Part shown: positions 55,773 to 64,000 of the stretch, piece by piece
Layout: every line of letters starts with the position of its first letter
Position numbering within the stretch: the first letter of the stretch is position 1
Notes under the pieces: generated by a model
Database searches by the model: none
Told to the model about the DNA's origin: nothing
The model's input: only the letters and a program-made list of their open reading frames with translations
Assembly (NCBI GenBank): GCA_964016885.1
Contig: OZ024742.1
Span: 358,794,001-358,858,000, forward strand
DNA length: 64,000 nt
Origin: Eledone cirrhosa
Taxonomy: Eukaryota
Direction of reading: 5' to 3'
Position numbers and translations under genes: made by a program

Positions 55773-57025
55773 AATAATGATTTCATTTATTCGCCACAAG
55801 GGCCGACATATAGGGGACAATACAAAAGACTGGGACAGTGGGGTTTTACAGAAAAATCGAGTAAACAATATGAATAACAATAACAAAGTAACAATAAAGT
55901 AACAAGAAAATTACAAGAAAAAATTCCCCAATAGGGCGGATGACCACCTAGGGTTCGCTCAGGTACCCCACCAGTCCTGAACGACCAGACGCTTCGTGAA
56001 CACCCTGGAAGGGCACCCCTCTCCTCTTCAAATTTACCTACCTACAGCCACATGACCAGAGTAGGCCCACTCACACAGGCCATTCTCGCCACATTCGCCC
56101 ACCTTTCAGCAAATGTACTGGAGGGCAGCACTTCTCTCTCCACCCTCACCTCCCTTTCCAAGTAAAACTTGAAAATGTTGATGAGGGATTGGCGGAAGAG
56201 AAAAGTGTCTGTCTTCAGTCCTTTCAACCTCGTCCACCATACAACCTCTTTCACTACTGCCACCAGACAGAGGAAAATTGCCTGCCCTTCCTGGCCAAAA
56301 GAAGGCGGCGGGTCGATCTTCACTATGGACTCGGCCGATAGCCGGATCCGTTCTACACGCGACAACAGCTGTTCAACATAACTCCACAAGTCAGTAATGC
56401 ACGGACACTGGACGGTTTCGTCGCTCTGCGCGCATCTCGGGCAGGTCCGTCTGACAGCACTTCCGTGCCTGTAGAGTTTATCTCAAACCGGCAGCCCCCC
56501 CCCCCCCCCCCGGTAGCACTGCCAAGCGAGGGATTTTTGGAAATTATCCATCGTCCCCGGCTCGAAAGTCCTCCGGTACAGACTGGTTAGTTCGACTTCG
56601 TTGACTGCCAGAGCCTCTCCGAGTGCGTCGTCGCACTTGCCCACTACTAATCCTCAGTAGAACTCGAGAGTGGAAGTTCCACTGACCGCATTGCCCGCCT
56701 GGTAGAGGGCAGTAAGTGCCTGGCAACATTCCAGATGCCAGTCACCCAGTCTCGGTCTCTTCTTGACCCAGGACTGCAACTCAGTTAAAGAAACGAGCTG
56801 CGGAAAGGCCCGCCTGACAAACGGCGACCATACCTGTTCACCGTTTGGGCAGAACATCTGGAGATGCCGCAGCCTCAGCGCGTGCCTGCGCATCATTAGC
56901 CACGGCATGCCCAGCCCTCCACGTAGAGGGTGCTGGCAGCAGATGGACCGCCTCACCAGCGGAATCTGACCCCTCCACAAGAATTTGAAGAGGAGCCGCT
57001 CCAAGAAGGCGAGGCGGAACGGGAT
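55773..57025 (-). mobile_element. L1/Tx1-type LINE 3' fragment, decayed
   Basis: LERLLFKFLWRG..CQHPLRGGLGMP, a zinc-binding region AWQCYRG..DKLYRHG..TCPRCAQSDETV, and frameshifts. The 3' UTR has aataaa before a (tta) tail, and the region is GC-rich. Confidence 0.85.
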
Positions 57026-57099
57026 ATTTAACAACAAATAATTTTAACAGGCAAATAAAGCAACTTACTGGGAGCGAGCAAAATACGTTCGCTTAGACC

Positions 57100-57330
57100 A
57101 ATAATAATAATAATAATTGTCTCTACTTTAGGCACAAGGCCAGTAATTACTCAGTGCATTACAATAATAATAATGATTTTTGATTTGGACACAAGGTCAA
57201 CAATTTCAAGGGAAGAGGAAAGTCGATTAAATCAACCCCAGTTCGTTACTGGTACTTAATTGCAGCGATACTGTACGGATGAAAGACAACGCTAACCTTC
57301 GCGGGATTTGAACTCTGAAATTTACGAAGC
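57100..57330 (-). mobile_element. SINE family A fragments, reverse
   Basis: ggcacaaggcc.. twice; actggtactt..ggatgaaag..gcgggatttgaactc. Confidence 0.65.
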
Positions 57331-57357
57331 GCTGGGAAGATTAAGTTGACATAAAGA

Positions 57358-57597
57358 ATGATCTGTTCATGTACAGAGATATATAATAGCTTAGAGAATA
57401 GGATGAAAACACTTTAAAGACGAGAAAATAATTAGCCATCGGCCGCTATGAGGAGTTGAACCCCATATCTGGCATTAGGCGTGATCTGGGGTTCCATTCC
57501 TTATGACGGCCAATGTCAATATCTTTTTCGCCTTTAAAGGGTCTTCACCCTATTTTATAAGCTATTTTGTAAATTCTCCTTGTATGAGCACATCATA
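57358..57597. repeat. Old imperfect inverted repeat (~110-bp arms); related arm at 55060-55175
   Basis: aatagctta..aatagg.tgaa..ctttaaag.cga..ttgaacccca / tggggttc..tcgcctttaaag..ttcaccctatt..taagctatt. Confidence 0.6.
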
Positions 57598-57954
57598 CTA
57601 TCTGGTACCAAATAATAGGTGGTAAGAGGGAGGAAATCGATAATTTTTCGAGGTCTACGCCTTCGATGTTTTCTAAAAACCAGAATTAGTCGTTTAGTTT
57701 ACATACCCACAATCCATCCTATTTATTGTGTAACGTATGTGATTTCTTGTAATGTTCTTTTTTTGTCAAGTTTAATTATTTTTTATGTCTAAAAAAATAA
57801 TTGTCGCAGGGATGCTACCACTTAAAATAAAATTTCGCTGGCGATAAGTTGGCAAAATGTAATAGGCGGGGGTGAGGAGGGACATTATTCGGACCCGAGT
57901 GTATTAAACAAGTCATCTCTCTTATTTTGTGTACTTAACTAAACTTAACATAAA

Positions 57955-58275
57955 AGCACGTGACTTAGTGTTTAGGGTGTTCGGTTCATGATCGTAAGGC
58001 CGCGAGTTCGATTCCCAGTGGCGCAATGTGTCCTTGAACAAGATATTTTATTTCACGTTGTATCACTCCACGCAGCTGGCAAAAATTATCTGTACCTTTA
58101 ATTTGAAGGGGAAACCTTGTCATATTCTGCGTCACGTTGAATCTCCCTGAGAACTGCATTAATTTTACGCTTGTTTATGGAATGCTTAGCCACTTACACG
58201 TTAAATCACAACAACGCTATTCCGTAGATCGAATCAACTGGACCACAAATCGTCGTAACAGACGTAGTGCCAGTT
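57955..58275 (+). mobile_element. SINE family B-related (long form)
   Basis: gcacgtgacttagtgtttagg..gagttcgattccc..gtgtccttgaacaaga..tatttcacgttg. Confidence 0.75.
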
Positions 58276-58286
58276 TAAACACAAAT

Positions 58287-60590
58287 CGCAGTCACATACA
58301 CACACTCTCATACGCAGTCACACACACACACACACTCTCATACGCAGTCACACACACACACACACTCTCATACGCAGTCACACACTCACACACTCATACG
58401 CAGTCACACACACACACACTCCCATACGCAGTCACACACTCACACACTCATACGCAGTCACACACACACACACTCCCATACGCAGTCACACACTCACACA
58501 CTCATACGCAGTCACACACACACACACTCTCATACGCAGTCACACACTCATACGCAGTCACACACACACACACACTTATACGCAGTCACACACACACACT
58601 CATACGCAGTCACACACACACACTCCCATACGCAGTCACACACTCACACACTCATACGCAGTCACACACACACACACTCATACGCAGTCACACACACACA
58701 GACTCTCATACGCAGTCACACACTCACACACTCATACGCAGTCACACACTCACACACTCTCATACGCAGTCACACACTCACACACTCATACGCAGTCACA
58801 CACACACTCTCATACGCAGTCACACACACACACTCTCATACGCAGTCACACACTCACACACTCATACGCAGTCACACACTCACACACTCATACGCAGTCA
58901 CACACACACACACTCCCATACGCAGTCACACACTCATACGCAGTCACACACACACACTCACACACTCATACGCAGTCACACACTCACACACTCATACGCA
59001 GTCACACTCACACACTCATACGCAGTCACACACACACACTCTCATACGCAGTCACACACACACACACACACTCATACGCAGTCACACACTCACACACTCA
59101 TACGCAGTCACACACACACACACTCTCATACGCAGTCACACACACACACTCTCATACGCAGTCACACACACACACACACTCATACGCAGTCACACACACA
59201 CACACTCTCATACGCAGTCACACACTCACACACTCATACGCAGTCACACACACACTCTCATACGCAGTCACACACACACACTCTCATACGCAGTCACACA
59301 CTCACACACTCATACGCAGTCACACACACACACTCTCATACGCAGTCACACACACACACACACTCATACGCAGACACACACACACACACTCTCATACGCA
59401 GTCACACACTCACACACTCATACGCAGTCACACACACACTCTCATACGCAGTCACACACACACACTCTCATACGCAGTCACACACTCACACACTCATACG
59501 CAGTCACACACTCACACACTCATACGCAGTCACACACACACACACTCCCATACGCAGTCACACACTCATACGCAGTCACACACACACACACTCACACACT
59601 CATACGCAGTCACACACTCACACACTCATACGCAGTCACACTCACACACTCATACGCAGTCACACACACACACACACACTCTCATACGCAGTCACACACA
59701 CACACACACACTCATACGCAGTCACACACACACACACTCTCATACGCAGTCACACACTCACACACTCATACGCAGTCACACACTCACACACTCATACGCA
59801 GTCACACACACACACACTCTCATACGCAGTCACACACACACACACACTCATACGCAGTCACACACACACACACTCTCATACGCAGTCACACACTCACACA
59901 CTCATACGCAGTCACACACTCACACTCTCATACGCAGTCACACACACACACTCTCATACGCAGTCACACACTCACACACTCATACGCAGTCACACACTCA
60001 TACGCAGTCACACACACACACACTCCCATACGCAGTCACACACTCACACACTCATACGCAGTCACACACACACACTCACACACTCATACGCAGTCACACA
60101 CACACACACACTCATACGCAGTCACACACTCACACACTCATACGCAGTCACACTCACACACTCATACGCAGTCACACACACACACACTCTCATACGCAGT
60201 CACACACACACACACACTCATACGCAGTCACACACACACACACTCTCATACGCAGTCACACACTCACACACTCATACGCAGTCACACACACACACACTCT
60301 CATACGCAGTCACACACACACACTCTCATACGCAGTCACACACACACTCTCATACGCATTCACACACACACACTCATACGCAGTCACACACACACACTCT
60401 CATACGCATTCACACACACACACTCTCATACGCATTCACACACACTCTCATACGCATTCACACACACTCTCATACGCATTCACACACACACACTAATACG
60501 CAGTCACACACACACTCTCATGCGCAGTCACACACACACACACTCTCATACGCATTCACACACACACTTTCATACGCATTCACACACACG
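58287..60590. repeat. Minisatellite catacgcagt + variable (CA)n/CT
   Basis: Roughly 100 units of about 18-30 bp; the last units shift to catacgcatt. Confidence 0.95.
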
Positions 60591-60652
60591 TAAAGACACA
60601 TACACCCCATCACAAGTGACGGATTTAATGGTGGCGTAGGGAAGAGGTTACC

Positions 60653-61115
60653 CGCTAGCTGCAGTGGTGTCCAGCAGCGAGGGCGGCCGTAGCAGTTTAA
60701 TTGTGCCAGTAGCTCGCCCCGCTAGCTGCAGTGGTGTCCAGCAGCGAGGGCGGCCGTAGCAGTTTAATTGTGCCAGTAGCTCGCCTCGCTAGCTGCAGTG
60801 GTGTCCAGCAGCGAGGGCGGCCGTAGCAGTTTAATTGTGCCAGTAGCTCGCCCCGCTAGCTGCAGTGGTGTCCAGCAGCGAGGGCGGCCGTAGCAGTTTA
60901 ATTGTGCCAGTAGCTCGCCCCGCTAGCTGCAGTGGTGTCCAGCAGCGAGGGCGGCCGTAGCAGTTTAATTGTGCCAGTAGCTCGCCCCGCTAGCTGCAGT
61001 GGTGTCCAGCAGCGAGGGCGGCCGTAGCAGTTTAATTGTGCCAGTAGCTCGCCCCGCTAGCTGCAGTGGTGTCCAGCAGCGAGGGCGGCCGTAGCAGTTT
61101 AATTGTGCCAGTAGC
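60653..61115. repeat. 67-bp GC-rich tandem repeat, 7 near-identical copies
   Basis: Unit cgctagctgcagtggtgtccagcagcgagggcggccgtagcagtttaattgtgccagtagctcgccc. Confidence 0.95.
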
Positions 61116-61304
61116 TCTCCACTCCAGCTTCACGGTGCTAACAACTTCATTTAATACCTGTGTATATAACTTTTCAATTCCAAAGATGGTAGCAACGATG
61201 AAAACATCTGGTGGTGGTGGTACTACTACTACCACCACCACCACTACTACTACTACCACTACTACCACCACCACTACTACTACCACCACCACCACTACTA
61301 CTAC

Positions 61305-61643
61305 CCGAAGACCCCCTTCAGTCACGAATGACCATGGGATTTGTACCTAGAAAGTTTTCCTCCGAGTCACAAGTCCAGGTAAGGTTGTTTGTGGAAGAGC
61401 ATCAGTCACCCATGTATACCAGTCTCCCCTCTCCACGCCACCGATGTTGTCCAAGGGAAAGGCAATGGCCAATACAGCTTGACACCAGTGACGTCACAAC
61501 TCACTTCTACAGCTGAGTGAACTGGAGCAACGTGAAATAAAGTGTCTTGTTCAAGGAAACAACACACCACCCGGTCTGAGAATTGAACACACAACCTTTT
61601 TGATTGCAAACCCAATGCTCTAACCACTAAGCCATGCACCTTC
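61305..61643 (-). mobile_element. SINE family B, reverse, embedded in the ACT/ACC repeat
   Basis: cagctgagtgaactggagcaacgtgaaataaagtgtcttg..ctaaccactaagccatgcacct. Confidence 0.85.
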
Positions 61644-64000
61644 ACTACTACTGCTACTACTACTACTGCTACTACTACTACTGCTACTACTACTACTACT
61701 ACAACCACCACCACTGCAAATACTACTACTACGGCTGCCACTACTAATACTACTACTACTACAACCACTACCACTGCAACTACTACTACTACAACCACTA
61801 CCACTGCAACTACTATTACTACTACGGCTGCCACACTAATAGTACTACTACAACCACCACCACTGCAAATACTACTACTACGGCTGCCACTACTACTGCT
61901 ACTACTACAAACACTACCACTGCAACTACTACTACTACTACTACAACCACTACCACTGCAACTACTACTACGGCTGCCACTACTAATACTACTACCACAA
62001 CCACTACAACTGCAACCACTACTACTACGGCTGCCACTACTAATACTACTACTACTACAACCACTACCACTGCAACAACTACTACTACAACCACTACCAC
62101 TGCAACTACTACTACTACTACTACAACCACTACCACTGCAACTACTACTACGGCTGCCACTACTAATACTACTACCACAACCACCACCACTGCAACTACT
62201 ACTACTACGGCTGCCACTACTACTGCTACTACTACAAACACTACCATTGCAACTACTACTACTACAACCACTGCTACTGCAACTACTACTACTACGGCTG
62301 CCACTACTAATACTACTACTACAACCACTACCACTACAACTACTACTACTACGGCTGCCACTACTAATACTACTACTACAACCACTACCACTGCAACTAC
62401 TACTACTACAACCACTACCACTACAACTACTACTACTACGGCTGCCACTACTAATACTACTACTACAACCACTACCACTGCAACTACTACTACTACAACC
62501 ACTACCACTACAACTACTACTACTACGGCTGCCACTACTAATACTACTACTACAACCACTACCACTGCAACTACTACTACTACAACCACTACCACTGCAA
62601 CTACTACTACTACAACCACCACCACTACAACTACTACTACTACGGCTGCCACTACTAATACGACTACTACAACCACTACCACTGCAACTACTACTACTAC
62701 GGCTGCCACAACTACTACTACTACAACAACCACCACCACTGCTACTACTACTACCACCACTGCAACTACTACTACAATGGCTGCCACTACTAATACTACT
62801 AATACAACCACCACTACTGCTACTACTACAACCACCACCACTACTACTACTACTACAACCACCACCACTGCAACTATTACTACTACTACTAATACTACTA
62901 ATACAACCACCACTACTGCTACTACTACAACCACCACTGCAACTACTACTACTACTACTACAACCACCACCACTGCAACTACTACTACTACGGCTGCCAC
63001 TACTAATACTACTACTACAACCAACACCACTACAACTACTACTACTACTACGGCTGCCACACTAATAGTACTACTACAACAACTACAACTACTACTACTA
63101 CGGCTGCCACTACTAATACTACTAATACAACCACCACTACTGCAACTACTACTACTACTACTACAACCACTACCACTGCAACTACTACTACTACTACGGC
63201 TGCCACTACTATTACTACTAATACATCCACCACTACTTCTACTACTACAACCACCACCACTACTAATACTACTACAACCACCACCACTGCAACTACTAAT
63301 ACTACTACTACAACCACTACCACTGCAACTAATACTACTACGGCTGCCACTACTACTACTACTACTACAACCACCACCACTGCAACTACTACTACTACGG
63401 CTGCCACTACTACTACTACAACCTCCACCACTGCAACTACTACTACTACAACCACTACCACTGCAACTACTACTACTACGGCTGCCACTACTAATACTAC
63501 TACTACAACCTCCACCACTGCAACTACTACTACTAATACTACTAATACAACCACCACTACTGCTACTACTACAACCACCACCACTACTACTACTACTACT
63601 ACAACCACCACCACTGCAACTACTACTTCTACAACCACCACCACTGCAACTACTACTACTAGTACGGCTGCCACTACTAATACTACTACTACAATCACTA
63701 CCACTGCAACTACTACTACTACGGATGCCACTACTGCTACTACTACAACCACCACTACTACTACGGCTGCCACTACTAATACTACTACTACAATCACTAC
63801 CACTGCAACTACTACTACTACGGATGCCACTACTGCTACTACTACAACCACCACTACTACTACGGCTGTCACTACTAATACTACTACTACAACCACTACC
63901 ACTGCAACAACTACTACTACAACCACTACCACTGCAACTACTACTACTACTACTACAACCACTACCACTGCAACTACTACTACGGCTGCCACTACTAATA
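61644..64000. repeat. Compound (ACT/ACC)n satellite with higher-order units (acggctgccactactaat; acaaccactaccactgca)
   Basis: Directly visible; continues past the window end. A short tract also occurs at 61221-61304. Confidence 0.95.

Noticed and set aside
58137-60593. 818-aa His/Thr/Ser-rich ORF
   Set aside because: It is a minisatellite whose units vary by 2 nt, so the frame is not conserved, and it starts inside a SINE.
60653-61115. CRISPR-like array
   Set aside because: Whole units are identical, with no repeat-spacer alternation.
61221-64000. Mucin-like poly-Thr (+) or poly-Val (-) coding exon
   Set aside because: It is a trinucleotide satellite with frame breaks (near 61833 and 63060) and an embedded SINE; no splice or domain evidence.

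Overview
AT-rich, repeat-dense animal genomic DNA. The tRNA-derived SINE repertoire and very long (TA)n arrays suggest a cephalopod such as Octopus; this is an inference. No host protein-coding gene can be supported, and most listed ORFs are microsatellite artefacts. The real coding content is retrotransposon-derived: a near full-length Penelope-like element (PLE; RT + GIY-YIG, minus strand, about 45931-50659, next to a 200-N gap), three truncated PLE coding fragments plus a short PLE N-terminal remnant, a CR1-group LINE 3' part, an L1/Tx1-type 3' part, and RTE pieces. Two results stand out. (1) The large PLE has a 400-aa upstream ORF overlapping the RT-EN frame, with an in-phase U_UUU_UUA slippery heptamer (49415-49421) followed by a hairpin. 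This is a candidate -1 programmed ribosomal frameshift giving an ORF1-RT-EN fusion. (2) More than a dozen type I minimal hammerhead-ribozyme-like motifs from several unrelated families, including U3-A8 and U4C core variants, lie in short, often fold-back inserts, mostly within (TA)n arrays. All alignments and folds were done by eye, so coordinates are approximate to a few bases.
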